A DNA stretch of 64,000 bases, taken from assembly GCA_964652685.1 (NCBI GenBank), contig CAZZBS010000001.1, positions 1,298-65,297 of the forward strand. Reading direction: 5' to 3'. Shown here piece by piece: positions 28,250-37,614 of the stretch. The notes under the pieces are model-generated. The model made no database searches. It was given only the letters and a program-made list of their open reading frames with translations, and was not told the origin of the DNA. This stretch comes from an uncultured Lentimicrobiaceae bacterium. Its GTDB lineage: Bacteria; Bacteroidota; Bacteroidia; Bacteroidales; SKPS01. Every line of letters starts with the position of its first letter. Position 1 is the first letter of the stretch. Position numbers and translations under genes: made by a program.

Positions 28250-29812
28250 ATGATCAAAGAGATTGAACTATCGGTAAAGCCTTCTGAAGCGGCCAGTGCA
28301 ACTGCGCTGAAAAAAGTTGTCGGCAGTCATATTGGGTTGCCTGCTGATGCGATATCCTGTTGCCATATTCTTCGTCGGTCTGTTGATGCGCGTCACAGGC
28401 CGGTATGGATCAGGTTGCAGATCAGGGTTTATACCCATTCTGACAGGCATCAGCCGTGGAAAAGCCCGTTTATCTTCAAAGAGGTATCCGGAAATGCAAG
28501 GGTTATCATTGCCGGAACGGGCCCGGCCGGAATGTTTGCAGCGCTGGAACTTTTACAGAAAGGCATGAAGCCGTTGCTTCTTGAGCGTGGCCGGGATATG
28601 GGTGAAAGAAAGCGCGACATTGCCCGGCTCAACAGGGAACATAAGGTGAATCCCGATTCGAACTATTGCTTTGGGGAGGGTGGTGCCGGCACCTTCAGCG
28701 ACGGAAAGCTATATACACGGTCCACAAAGCGGGGAAATGTACAGAGGGTGCTTGAGATGATGGTGCATCATGGCGCCAGCCCGGATATTCTGGTGGATGC
28801 CCATCCCCACATCGGAAGCGATAAACTGTTTCCCCTGATCACCAGCATCCGTCAGACCATCCTGGACCATGGCGGAGAGATCCTTTTCGGCCACCGTGTT
28901 ACTGACATCATTCACCATGATGGCCGGGTCACAGGCTTTAAGGACCAGTTCGGAAACCTGTTCGCAGGTGAGGAATATATCCTGGCGACAGGTCATTCTG
29001 CCAGGGAAATCTATCATCTGTTTCACCATAACGGCTGGCCGCTCCTCTTCAAACCTTTTGCCCTGGGTGTACGTGTTGAGCACCCGCAGGAGCTGATCAG
29101 TTCCATACAATACCACGCAAAGAGGCCCGATCCGCTGTTACCTGCGGCTACTTATTCCCTTACAGCACAATCGGGCGGTTATGGGGTTTTCTCTTTCTGT
29201 ATGTGCCCCGGCGGTACCATCGTCCCATCGGCCACCGGGCAAGATCACGTGGTAGTCAACGGTATGTCGAATTCCCGGAGGAATTCCCCCTGGGCCAATG
29301 CAGGCATTGTTACCGAGGTCAGGGAGGTGGATGTTGCGATGTACGGTCAGCATGGCCCACTGGCCGGATTGCTTTACCAGGAAGCTGTGGAAAGACAAAT
29401 GCGCATCGGAGGAGAATACAGCCAGAAAGCCCCTGCCCAACGATTGAATGACTTTTTGGAAAACCGCTATCCAACCGACCTGCCGGTTTCTTCCTACAAG
29501 CCGGGACTACAACCAGCTTCCCTGCATGAACTCCTGCCAAATGGCATCGTGGAACGGTTACAGGATGGATTCCGGCAGTTCGACAGAAAGATGGTAGGAT
29601 TCATCACCAGGGAAGCAATCGTGGTGGGTGGCGAATCCCGAACCTCATCCCCGGTGCGTATTCCCAGAGACACTGCCAACCTTGCATACCCGCTTTTCCC
29701 GAACCTTTACCCGTGCGGTGAAGGCTCCGGCTATGCCGGTGGCATTATCTCCTCCGCTATTGATGGACAAAATGCGGCACATGCCATCCTCGCCAAAAAA
29801 GGTGTAATTTAG
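28250..29812 (+). CDS. FAD-dependent oxidoreductase (COG2509-like)
   Basis: VIIAGTGPAGMFAALEL dinucleotide fold, GGAGTFSDGKLYTR, and C-terminal GEGSGYAGGIISSAIDG. Confidence 0.8.
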   Translation: MIKEIELSVKPSEAASATALKKVVGSHIGLPADAISCCHILRRSVDARHRPVWIRLQIRVYTHSDRHQPWKSPFIFKEVSGNARVIIAGTGPAGMFAALELLQKGMKPLLLERGRDMGERKRDIARLNREHKVNPDSNYCFGEGGAGTFSDGKLYTRSTKRGNVQRVLEMMVHHGASPDILVDAHPHIGSDKLFPLITSIRQTILDHGGEILFGHRVTDIIHHDGRVTGFKDQFGNLFAGEEYILATGHSAREIYHLFHHNGWPLLFKPFALGVRVEHPQELISSIQYHAKRPDPLLPAATYSLTAQSGGYGVFSFCMCPGGTIVPSATGQDHVVVNGMSNSRRNSPWANAGIVTEVREVDVAMYGQHGPLAGLLYQEAVERQMRIGGEYSQKAPAQRLNDFLENRYPTDLPVSSYKPGLQPASLHELLPNGIVERLQDGFRQFDRKMVGFITREAIVVGGESRTSSPVRIPRDTANLAYPLFPNLYPCGEGSGYAGGIISSAIDGQNAAHAILAKKGVI

Positions 29813-29826
29813 CCAAAAAACCAACC

Positions 29827-30510
29827 ATGGAACAACCGGGCAAAATTGAAAAAATCATCAAACTGCTGAACGAAAAATCGCAGGTGAAATTCCAGGTGCA
29901 CGAAAACACCCTCCAGGTTTATAAACTTTTCAAGAGCACCGCAAAGCAACTTTGCCAGGAAATCAAACCGAGAATAACCCTGATCCATAAGAACATGACC
30001 TGTGGTTACCGGGAAAAAGGGGATTTTGAAGCTGAGCTGAAAATTGCCAGCGACCTCATCCTGCTGACCATGCACACCAATACCTTCGAGTTCCCCCGTG
30101 ATCATTCCATCATGCAAACCTCCTATGTGAAAGAGGATGTCACCCGGTCGTTCTGTGGCATCATTTACATATACAATTACCTGGCTGACTCCTTCAAATA
30201 CAACAGGATAAACGATGTGGGATACCTTGTGGGGCGTATCTTCATCAACAGGGAAAAGCACTTCTTCGTGGAGGGGAAAAGGGAACTAGGCTTTCTCTTC
30301 AACAATTTCATGGACGCACCGATCAACGAGGATAAGGTAAAACAGATCCTTGAGTCTGCCATCCTTTACAGTATTGATTTTGATCTTCTTACACCTGCTT
30401 TTGACCAGGTAAAAGAGGTCAGTGTTGAGGAAATGCTGGATTATTCAAACAGTCTGAGCCTCAGAACAGGCAAGCGTTTAGGGTTTCGTTTCGAAGCAGA
30501 TAAGGATTAA
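29827..30510 (+). CDS. Hypothetical protein
   Basis: 227-aa ORF with ATG start, 15 nt after the upstream stop, with no overlapping competitor. No recognised motifs. Confidence 0.55.
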   Translation: MEQPGKIEKIIKLLNEKSQVKFQVHENTLQVYKLFKSTAKQLCQEIKPRITLIHKNMTCGYREKGDFEAELKIASDLILLTMHTNTFEFPRDHSIMQTSYVKEDVTRSFCGIIYIYNYLADSFKYNRINDVGYLVGRIFINREKHFFVEGKRELGFLFNNFMDAPINEDKVKQILESAILYSIDFDLLTPAFDQVKEVSVEEMLDYSNSLSLRTGKRLGFRFEADKD

Positions 30511-30556
30511 AAAAGGGCAAAACTGTACTTTTTCTTGGAGAATGTGATTTTTTCTC

Positions 30557-30564
30557 TAATTTTG
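30557..30564 (+). promoter_or_regulatory. Candidate -7 box TAATTTTG for the tRNA gene
   Basis: 33 nt upstream of the tRNA 5' end. Confidence 0.35.
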
Positions 30565-30596
30565 CAGTCCCGAAAAACCATCGTTCTTCACAATAC

Positions 30597-30670
30597 GGTC
30601 CATTCGTCTAGCCAGGTTAGGACGCCAGATTTTCATTCTGGTAACAGGGGTTCAAATCCCCTATGGACTA
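30597..30670 (+). tRNA. tRNA-Glu (anticodon TTC)
   Basis: Hand-folded cloverleaf. Acceptor ggtccat/atggact (G1-U72 wobble). D stem gtct/ggac. Anticodon stem ccaga/tctgg with loop ttTTCat. T arm agggg-ttcaaat-cccct. 74 nt with no encoded CCA. Confidence 0.9.
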
Positions 30671-30731
30671 CTTTATTTTATTATAAACAACTGACATATA
30701 GTTGTCTAAGATTGTCCCACATAGTGTTTGA

Positions 30732-30763
30732 TCCCACAAATGATCCCACTTGTGGGATTTTTT
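30732..30763 (+). terminator. Rho-independent terminator downstream of tRNA-Glu
   Basis: tcccacaa (30732-39) pairs with ttgtggga (30750-57), followed by tttttt. Confidence 0.6.
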
Positions 30764-31092
30764 ATGCTCTCTCAACAGGTTATACTTCGTTCCGCCAGGA
30801 CCGACAGCCATTGAAAAGTGAAATAGACGAAGGCCGTCTTCAGGTTTAATACGGATAATGCTTTTTTTTGGCTGTATGATTTTCAAAACAGCAAAAATTA
30901 TTGCGGTAAATTTTCGAAACTGAAAAAAAATGGTAAACCGAAACCTGAATTCCACACACAGGGATGTCCGATTCATTCCCATAGTGCTTGCTCCGAAAAT
31001 CGAGGCTGCAGCAAGATGACCGATACCCGGATTGTGCTTTATGATCTGGTAAAGAAACAGGGGCTGAACATAAAATAAACAGCCACAACTAT

Positions 31093-33363
31093 TTATGTAC
31101 CAGTGGTGGCTGATGATCTTTTAGAATACGCGATGGCGCCGATGATCACGATCAGGCAAACGATCCCTGTAAGGACCAGTCCGGCCGACAAATGTCCGGG
31201 CTTTCGGAACGCCATGATGACAGGAGCAGCCAGGAGCGAAACGAGGTTGATGACCTTGATCATGGGATTGAGTGCCGGGCCTGCCGTGTCTTTGAGGGGA
31301 TCCCCCACCGTATCGCCTACCACGGCGGCATGGTGGGCATCGGAGCCTTTACCGCCATAGAGCCCGTCTTCGATGGTCTTCTTGGCATTGTCCCAGGCGC
31401 CCCCCGCATCCGCCATGAAAACGGCCAGGAGCTGACCCGACAGGATCACCCCGGCGAGGAACCCCCCCAGTGCCTCCACCCCCAGGAGACTCCCGATGAT
31501 GATGGGTGAAAGTACGGAGATCAGCGCCAGCGGGATCAGTTCACGCTGGGCTGATTTGGTGCAGATGTCCACCGCCCTCTGGTAGTCGGGCTTTACCCTG
31601 CGTTCGATGACACCCGGGATCCTGAACTGTCTGCGGACCTCCTCCACGATCTGCGCTGCCGCCCTTGTGACCGCATTGATCGTGAGCGATGAGAAAAGGA
31701 ACGGGATGGCCCCCCCGATCAGCAGCCCGATGAAGACCACCGGCACCGAGATACGGATGCCCGTTTCGATGAGCTGGGCCGACTGTTCGATGCCCATCTG
31801 GATCTGTACCTTGCTTACGTCCGTGATGAAGGACCCGAACAGGGCCACGGCGGCGATGACCGCCGAACCGATGGCTACCCCCTTGGTGATGGCCTTGGTG
31901 GTGTTGCCCGTGGCATCCAGCGAATCCATGATCTTTCGGGAATCCTTGTCCAGGTGCGACAACTCCCCGATGCCGTTGGCATTGTCGGCGATCGGGCCGA
32001 AGGCATCCATGGCCACATTGTTCCCGGTCAGCGTCAGCATCCCGATGCCGGTCATGGCCACACCATAGAGGATATAGATGACGGGCTGCCCGTGATAGAT
32101 CAGGATGGAGAGGAAGATGGTGACGGCAATCACCAGGATTTGCCATACGGTGACTTCAAAGCCGTAGCTCAACCCTTTCAGGATCAGGGTGGCGGATCCG
32201 GTCCTGGAGCTCCTGGCGATGTCTTTCACCGGCCTGAACCTGCCGTCGGTGAAATGTTTGGTGATCTCGTCGAGCACGATAGCCAGAAGGATCCCGGCCA
32301 CCACTGAGCAGAATGAACGCCAATCGTGAAGATAAAAGAACGAAATTGCCCCGAAGGAAATGATACTGATAGCTGCGGAGGAATAAAATCCCTTGTTGAT
32401 GGATCTCAGGGCATTATAGTTCTTTCCTTTCTTTCCACCCCGGACCAGGTAGGTGCCGATGATGGAGGAAAACACGCCGATTCCCCTTACCAGCAAGGGG
32501 AAGATAATCCATGAGAGGTCATGGGTTTGCATGAAAAGCACCACTCCCAGGATCAAGGTGGAGACGATGGTCACCTCGTACGATTCGAATATGTCGGCGG
32601 CCATCCCCGCGCAATCCCCCACGTTGTCACCCACGAGATCGGCCACCACTGCGGCATTCCGTTCATCGTCCTCGGGAAGGCCTGCCTCGACTTTGCCCAC
32701 CAGGTCAGCCCCCACATCGGCAGCCTTGGTGTAAATGCCACCACCTACCCTCATGAACAGGGCGAGGAGGGTTCCTCCAAATCCGAATCCCAGCAGGGTG
32801 TCAGGTGACGCTACGCCGAAAATGATGAAGATGAGGGTTCCGCCCAGCAATCCCAGCCCGTCCGTGAGCATTCCCGTCACGGTCCCGGCCCGGTAGGCGA
32901 TCTTCAGGGCCTCGGTGAAACTGCGCCCTGATGCCGATGCGACCCTTACGTTTGCCTGTACGGCCATCCGCATTCCAAACTGGCCTACCATCAGGGAGAA
33001 GACAGAGCCCATAATGAAAGCTACTGCCCTGCCGGCTCCGATGATCAACTTCAGCGACTGGTCAGAGAAGCCTGCAAACCGGAGCCGGGATTCCGCCGTC
33101 GGGGGAACCACGTACACCGAAAAGAACAGGAGAACCATGAATACAAGGATCAGCGGAATGATGGTCCTTAGCTGCCGTTTAAGGTAAGCGTCGGCCCCTG
33201 AACGGATACCGTTCCAAACCTCCTGCATCTTGGCAGAACCCTTGTCGCATGCCATCACCTGCTTGCGCAACAGTACGGCATAGGCAAGTCCGAAAAAGGC
33301 AATCACCAGCACACCCCAGATTGCCATCACTTCAAAAGGGGAAGCCCCCGGTAAACTCATCAT
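31093..33363 (-). CDS. hppA: Membrane-bound H+/Na+-translocating pyrophosphatase
   Basis: 756 aa and polytopic. Diagnostic [40 protein letters not shown] and [12 protein letters not shown]. Confidence 0.95.
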   Translation of the reverse strand: MMSLPGASPFEVMAIWGVLVIAFFGLAYAVLLRKQVMACDKGSAKMQEVWNGIRSGADAYLKRQLRTIIPLILVFMVLLFFSVYVVPPTAESRLRFAGFSDQSLKLIIGAGRAVAFIMGSVFSLMVGQFGMRMAVQANVRVASASGRSFTEALKIAYRAGTVTGMLTDGLGLLGGTLIFIIFGVASPDTLLGFGFGGTLLALFMRVGGGIYTKAADVGADLVGKVEAGLPEDDERNAAVVADLVGDNVGDCAGMAADIFESYEVTIVSTLILGVVLFMQTHDLSWIIFPLLVRGIGVFSSIIGTYLVRGGKKGKNYNALRSINKGFYSSAAISIISFGAISFFYLHDWRSFCSVVAGILLAIVLDEITKHFTDGRFRPVKDIARSSRTGSATLILKGLSYGFEVTVWQILVIAVTIFLSILIYHGQPVIYILYGVAMTGIGMLTLTGNNVAMDAFGPIADNANGIGELSHLDKDSRKIMDSLDATGNTTKAITKGVAIGSAVIAAVALFGSFITDVSKVQIQMGIEQSAQLIETGIRISVPVVFIGLLIGGAIPFLFSSLTINAVTRAAAQIVEEVRRQFRIPGVIERRVKPDYQRAVDICTKSAQRELIPLALISVLSPIIIGSLLGVEALGGFLAGVILSGQLLAVFMADAGGAWDNAKKTIEDGLYGGKGSDAHHAAVVGDTVGDPLKDTAGPALNPMIKVINLVSLLAAPVIMAFRKPGHLSAGLVLTGIVCLIVIIGAIAYSKRSSATTGT

Positions 33364-33383
33364 TGGAAAAAGTTTTTAATGGA

Positions 33384-33977
33384 TTATGCGTTAAATGGAT
33401 CTGAAAAATCGTAATGGATACCCTCAAGCTCCTTCTTGTCGGGATACGGGTAGAAGAGCAGGTCGTCACCTGAACCGATGAAAAATCCCTGGCCGATGGT
33501 CCGGTACAGCAAGGAGCCAGAAAAATGCCTGCGGACGGTTTTCATCTGCTTTTGGTATTCGTTCTTGAGTATTTCGAGGCAATCCTTCAGGTGCGCGATG
33601 GTGGTATGCGGCAGGTGTTCGGCAGAGCCATTGAGCGGATTGTCTGCCAGTTCTCCCAGCTTGAGGTCCACGAAAATGGCCTGCCCCCGGTTTCTTTTTT
33701 TGATGCCCATCGACAGGTAAGCGCCAAATTCTTCCGGAGAGAGCATCGAAGTGATCAGTGCTTCAGGGGTGGCTGACAAGTAAATGTAGGTATCCATGGT
33801 GACCAATGTTATTGTCATACAAACTGAAAGACCGTCATGGAAGCGATCCTTCACGAATGGCAATGTCCGCGCAAATTTAATGCAATCCATGGTTATTTGT
33901 TTCCTATCTCTATCACTTTTATCTTTTTTTACGAACCAAAACAGTAGAAACCTCATGACCTGACGCCCTATTCTCAC
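33384..33977 (-). CDS. Hypothetical protein (true start uncertain; may begin at an internal Met such as MDTYIYLSATPE)
   Basis: ORF ends 20 nt upstream of the hppA start. The listed start is a GTG overlapping the upstream stop (GTGA). No recognised motifs. Confidence 0.4.
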   Translation of the reverse strand: MRIGRQVMRFLLFWFVKKDKSDRDRKQITMDCIKFARTLPFVKDRFHDGLSVCMTITLVTMDTYIYLSATPEALITSMLSPEEFGAYLSMGIKKRNRGQAIFVDLKLGELADNPLNGSAEHLPHTTIAHLKDCLEILKNEYQKQMKTVRRHFSGSLLYRTIGQGFFIGSGDDLLFYPYPDKKELEGIHYDFSDPFNA

Positions 33978-34162
33978 TTTTCCTTAAAGGCATGCAAAGT
34001 CTTACAATTTGATTTACCGACATATACGCTATACCCGAACCTCTCTGCACACATCTTCACCCACTTCGTAAAGGTCTGTTGCCTGAGATCCAAATCGGGC
34101 ATGTATGCCTTTGATGGCTCATGAAACCTGTCATGTGCCCGGAGCTGGGCATATGCTTTCAC
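33974..34162 (-). CDS. Small hypothetical protein
   Basis: 62-aa ORF whose stop overlaps the next start. No motif support. Confidence 0.25.
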   Translation of the reverse strand: MKAYAQLRAHDRFHEPSKAYMPDLDLRQQTFTKWVKMCAERFGYSVYVGKSNCKTLHAFKEK

Positions 34163-34333
34163 AAGGTGCCGGCTGAACGGTAGCAGAAAAAAGAGGGCAA
34201 CAGTTGCAACCTTTCAGGCCCTGGATCATCATCACTCTTACAGGAATTAAAAAATCAGGTAATTATTCGTATCTTTATACCTGGTTTTCAAGGCATCCTG
34301 CTATAGGTTATCCACAATCAATCCATGTAGAAT

Positions 34334-34816
34334 ATGAAAAAGATCCTAACACTTGGCTGCATCCTGCTGGGGGTCGGGGTGTTGATCCAGGGCTGCCACA
34401 AAGAAAAGCCTCTTGATCACTCAGATTGTAAAACATTTGGCTCCAAGTCAGGCCTGCAGACCATCGGACCCGACACCAGTTGCCTTTGTTACTCCTATGA
34501 TCAACAGAAGAAAGAACTGAAGCTAAACCACATCAATGCCGGTTTCAATTGCTGTCCGGGGGAACTTTACTGCGACATTGAGATCCGGGACGATATAATC
34601 TTTCTGAAGGAAAAGGAGAAGGAAGCCGGATGCGATTGCAACTGCCTGTTCGACATTGACATCATGGTTACCGATGTCGAAAAGCAGGCATATTTCATCT
34701 CGCTGGTTGAGCCCTATGCCCTTACCCAGCAGAAGATCGCATTTGCCATCGACCTGGCACAGCAGCCATCAGGCTGCTACTGTGTGCCCCGGACAGATTA
34801 TCCCTGGGGGTTGTAG
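34334..34816 (+). CDS. Cysteine-rich lipoprotein, unknown function
   Basis: Lipobox LIQGC after MKKILTLGCILLGVGV. The mature part has paired-Cys motifs (CLC, NCCPGELYC, CDCNC, CYC). Confidence 0.6.
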   Translation: MKKILTLGCILLGVGVLIQGCHKEKPLDHSDCKTFGSKSGLQTIGPDTSCLCYSYDQQKKELKLNHINAGFNCCPGELYCDIEIRDDIIFLKEKEKEAGCDCNCLFDIDIMVTDVEKQAYFISLVEPYALTQQKIAFAIDLAQQPSGCYCVPRTDYPWGL

Positions 34817-34967
34817 CCCAGCCTGTTACTGCAATCCATAACATCCGGCCTCCTCAATCCATATGAAACTTTTCCCCGGCAGGCCGCAGGTCACCAGTTG
34901 CCGGAGAAGGTGAAAAGGTTCAGGATATGGTCTGCTACCTTCAGCAAAGGAGAGGGGCTCCCTTCCT

Positions 34968-35462
34968 TTATTTCTTCTTCTTTTTTAAAATACCGTTTAC
35001 GATTTTATTCCATTTCTCTAAAAGCTGAAGTTCACCGGATAGTTGCATCTTCTCCTCCTCATTGTAAAACTCAAAAACAACCTCATGTTGATTGGGGTCT
35101 GTTTTCGTGAATCCCAGCGCCAGCCTCTCGATGGTGTTGATGGTGTTCCCAGCCTGTTTCAAGGTATGATACTGTTCAATCAGTCTGCAGGCCTTCACCT
35201 CTTTGAGGTCCACATACTGTTCCTTCATTTCTTCCTTATGTTTCTTGATAAAAAACGTATATTGGGATTCCTCGTCGACACCGATGACGAATCCCCTTCC
35301 GAATTCATGCCGGGTGATCCGGCAATGGTTCCGGGTAGCCAATCCGGTCAGTTCTTTCAGTATTTTTTTCTCACGTCTTACGCGGAATCGTGTGATCAGG
35401 ATAAAAGGTGCCACACAAATGGTAATGATCACAATTGCGGTAATTAATGTTCCATGATCCAT
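34968..35462 (-). CDS. Membrane-anchored hypothetical protein
   Basis: 164 aa with ATG start. One N-terminal TM (LITAIVIITICVAPFILI), a charged soluble domain and a poly-Lys tail. Confidence 0.5.
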   Translation of the reverse strand: MDHGTLITAIVIITICVAPFILITRFRVRREKKILKELTGLATRNHCRITRHEFGRGFVIGVDEESQYTFFIKKHKEEMKEQYVDLKEVKACRLIEQYHTLKQAGNTINTIERLALGFTKTDPNQHEVVFEFYNEEEKMQLSGELQLLEKWNKIVNGILKKKKK

Positions 35463-35688
35463 TCTTATATGTTTTTAATGATATCATTTAAAGACTTTTA
35501 ACTACTTCATAACACCTTACCCATTGAGAGTCAGGTTGTTCTGTTCCATCCACCGGTCATTGTCCGGTTTTCGTTCCCGGACGAGTTTCCAGACGGATCG
35601 ACGCTTGCTGGCTGTTAGCCAGAAGCCTGCCTTGCTTCGGCATACATGGGTAATAAAAAATATGAGAAACAGGAAGGGTGATCCAGGG

Positions 35689-36060
35689 TCACCAGAAATA
35701 CTGAAAGGGGAAGATGATCGTTGTTGCGCGGAAACGGATCAGCAATTTTTCCGCGAAGGCAAAGTAACCGCAAGAGACTGCAACCAGTTGCTGTTCAAGG
35801 CCAATCCCGGGATCCACCTCTTTTGCCGGGAATTTTTTATCCAAAGGGATATACAGTAGTTGTACCTCCGGTCCTGATATTTCATTGGGTAGTGTATGAC
35901 ATAACAGGTTGCCATAAACGGCAGTAAGAAAACGCTCCTGCCCCGGGTCCGTAAGCCTGCGGAAATCAAGGTTCACCAGGTGTGAATGGACCAAGCTTAT
36001 CACCATGCAATACAGCAAGGTGAGCGCAGTCATGCCCGGCACTTTCCAGTTGATTTTCAT
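35689..36060 (-). CDS. Hypothetical protein
   Basis: 123-aa ORF with ATG start. Overlapping alternative ORFs exist and there is no motif support. Confidence 0.25.
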   Translation of the reverse strand: MKINWKVPGMTALTLLYCMVISLVHSHLVNLDFRRLTDPGQERFLTAVYGNLLCHTLPNEISGPEVQLLYIPLDKKFPAKEVDPGIGLEQQLVAVSCGYFAFAEKLLIRFRATTIIFPFQYFW

Positions 36061-36112
36061 GTTGTAAAGATAACACAGAAAAAAAACACACCGGATGATC
36101 CAACAACCTACG

Positions 36113-37387
36113 TCAATCTTTCAGGCATCTCACGGCAAATCCATTGCCTTTATTAAGGCCTCCGCCGGTGAGTTTGCGATTGTCGTATGCAAGGGAATGG
36201 CAATAAGCGAATGAAGTTGAATAATCATTGGAGGTCCAGAAATATCCGTAATGCCCCATATCCTGGAAGTTCCCGGTTCCCACAAAGCGCATACCTCCGG
36301 GCAGGCCGGTAAATCCTGTTTCATTGGTAGCACCGACGTTCAAACTATCCCAATGGACAAAGCCGGTCTCTTTCAGCTTTCCTCCGGCAAGGGTATCGCC
36401 TCCCAGTAAAGTTCTCAGCACCAGCCATTCAGGTTGGGTGGGCATATGCCAGCCAACCGGGCACAGGTTACCTGTGGCACCTACATACCACTTATACATC
36501 GCCCCGTAAGTATCAGCATAGGTAGCTGAATCATTGTTAAACCAGCAATAAGCCGGGGTTGTGAAATTCATCCATGTATTGCCGTCCGTAATGATAGGAA
36601 TGGTTGTACCATTGTTATATTTGGTGGCTTTCAGGTTCTTTGCCATCCAGGTCTGGGTGCCGATTGTCACTACCGGGTAGTGTTTTCCATTGCCATCAGT
36701 ACAGGCAATAAATTCAAAATCAACGGCCTGGCTCTGTGTGGGCACCATTGTCAGCATACGTGAATAATTACTGTACACTCCCCTGAACAGTAATCGTTCA
36801 CCGTTTTCATACGCCATCAGGATGGTATTCTTATCCCCGGCCAGTTTCCCTTGTGGCAAGTCTGTTTTTTCATGGCTGACAAGGGTTGCCCATGGCTTTG
36901 CAACATGGCTGCCAAGCACTGCAATACGTTCATCATACAACTTCCCGGATGCAGTAATCTGAAAGATGTACACCCCCTCCTTCAGGCCACCTGCCCTGAA
37001 CTGACAGCTACCCTTCGAACATTGCCATTCTTCACGCAGAAGCCGCTTGCCTGTGACTTCAAAGATCTCGAAAACAACCTGCCCCGAAGCTGGATTAATG
37101 AACCCGACCTGACATTCATCCTGCAATGGGTTCGGATAAACCTTCACACTTCCCCTTGCCCCGTCAGGCCCCTCTTCATGGATGCCACTGGTGGAAAACA
37201 GATGTAGCGTGTCTGTCCCTGCCAACGTCACAGTTGTGCCCTGGTCCAGGTTTGTAACATATACCGTCGTCACAGCTGTGCTTAGACCTGATCCGGTAAA
37301 ATGGATCAGGTAATTCTGTGCATACAGTCCATGGAAACCCACTGTAAAACAGATCAAACAAGCCGTAAAGTACACTTTTGATTTCAT
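36113..37387 (-). CDS. FISUMP-domain protein (Fibrobacter succinogenes major paralogous domain) with an internal T9SS-CTD-like module
   Basis: C-terminal YPVVTIGTQTWMAKNL...YGAMYKWY...CPVGWHMPTQPEW...GGKLKETG...TGFTGLPGG...GYFWTS...GFAVRCLKD matches the FISUMP pattern. Residues 81-158 (VKVYPNPLQDECQVGF...GVYIFQI...) look like a Por secretion tail. Confidence 0.85.
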   Translation of the reverse strand: MKSKVYFTACLICFTVGFHGLYAQNYLIHFTGSGLSTAVTTVYVTNLDQGTTVTLAGTDTLHLFSTSGIHEEGPDGARGSVKVYPNPLQDECQVGFINPASGQVVFEIFEVTGKRLLREEWQCSKGSCQFRAGGLKEGVYIFQITASGKLYDERIAVLGSHVAKPWATLVSHEKTDLPQGKLAGDKNTILMAYENGERLLFRGVYSNYSRMLTMVPTQSQAVDFEFIACTDGNGKHYPVVTIGTQTWMAKNLKATKYNNGTTIPIITDGNTWMNFTTPAYCWFNNDSATYADTYGAMYKWYVGATGNLCPVGWHMPTQPEWLVLRTLLGGDTLAGGKLKETGFVHWDSLNVGATNETGFTGLPGGMRFVGTGNFQDMGHYGYFWTSNDYSTSFAYCHSLAYDNRKLTGGGLNKGNGFAVRCLKD

Positions 37388-37614
37388 AATGGTACTGTTT
37401 TTTATGGTTTAACAAAGTTCTCATGTTCATTGGCTTCCGTGCCTCCCGACAACAGGTAACCCATCCCACGGAAATCCAGTCATTATGAATCAAGGCAGAA
37501 ATCCTCAACAATCATTGCCGATTGTAAACCCATCCATTCTGAATCCTGCCAATTCGATAGGTAAAGATACAAAATTCTTCACCATAATAAAACAGGAAAA
37601 AAAGCATTCCAATT

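Noticed and set aside
30764-31092. Integrated mobile element next to tRNA-Glu.
   Set aside because: There is no integrase, no direct repeat of the tRNA 3' end and no phage or transposon genes. Only a short non-coding gap is present.
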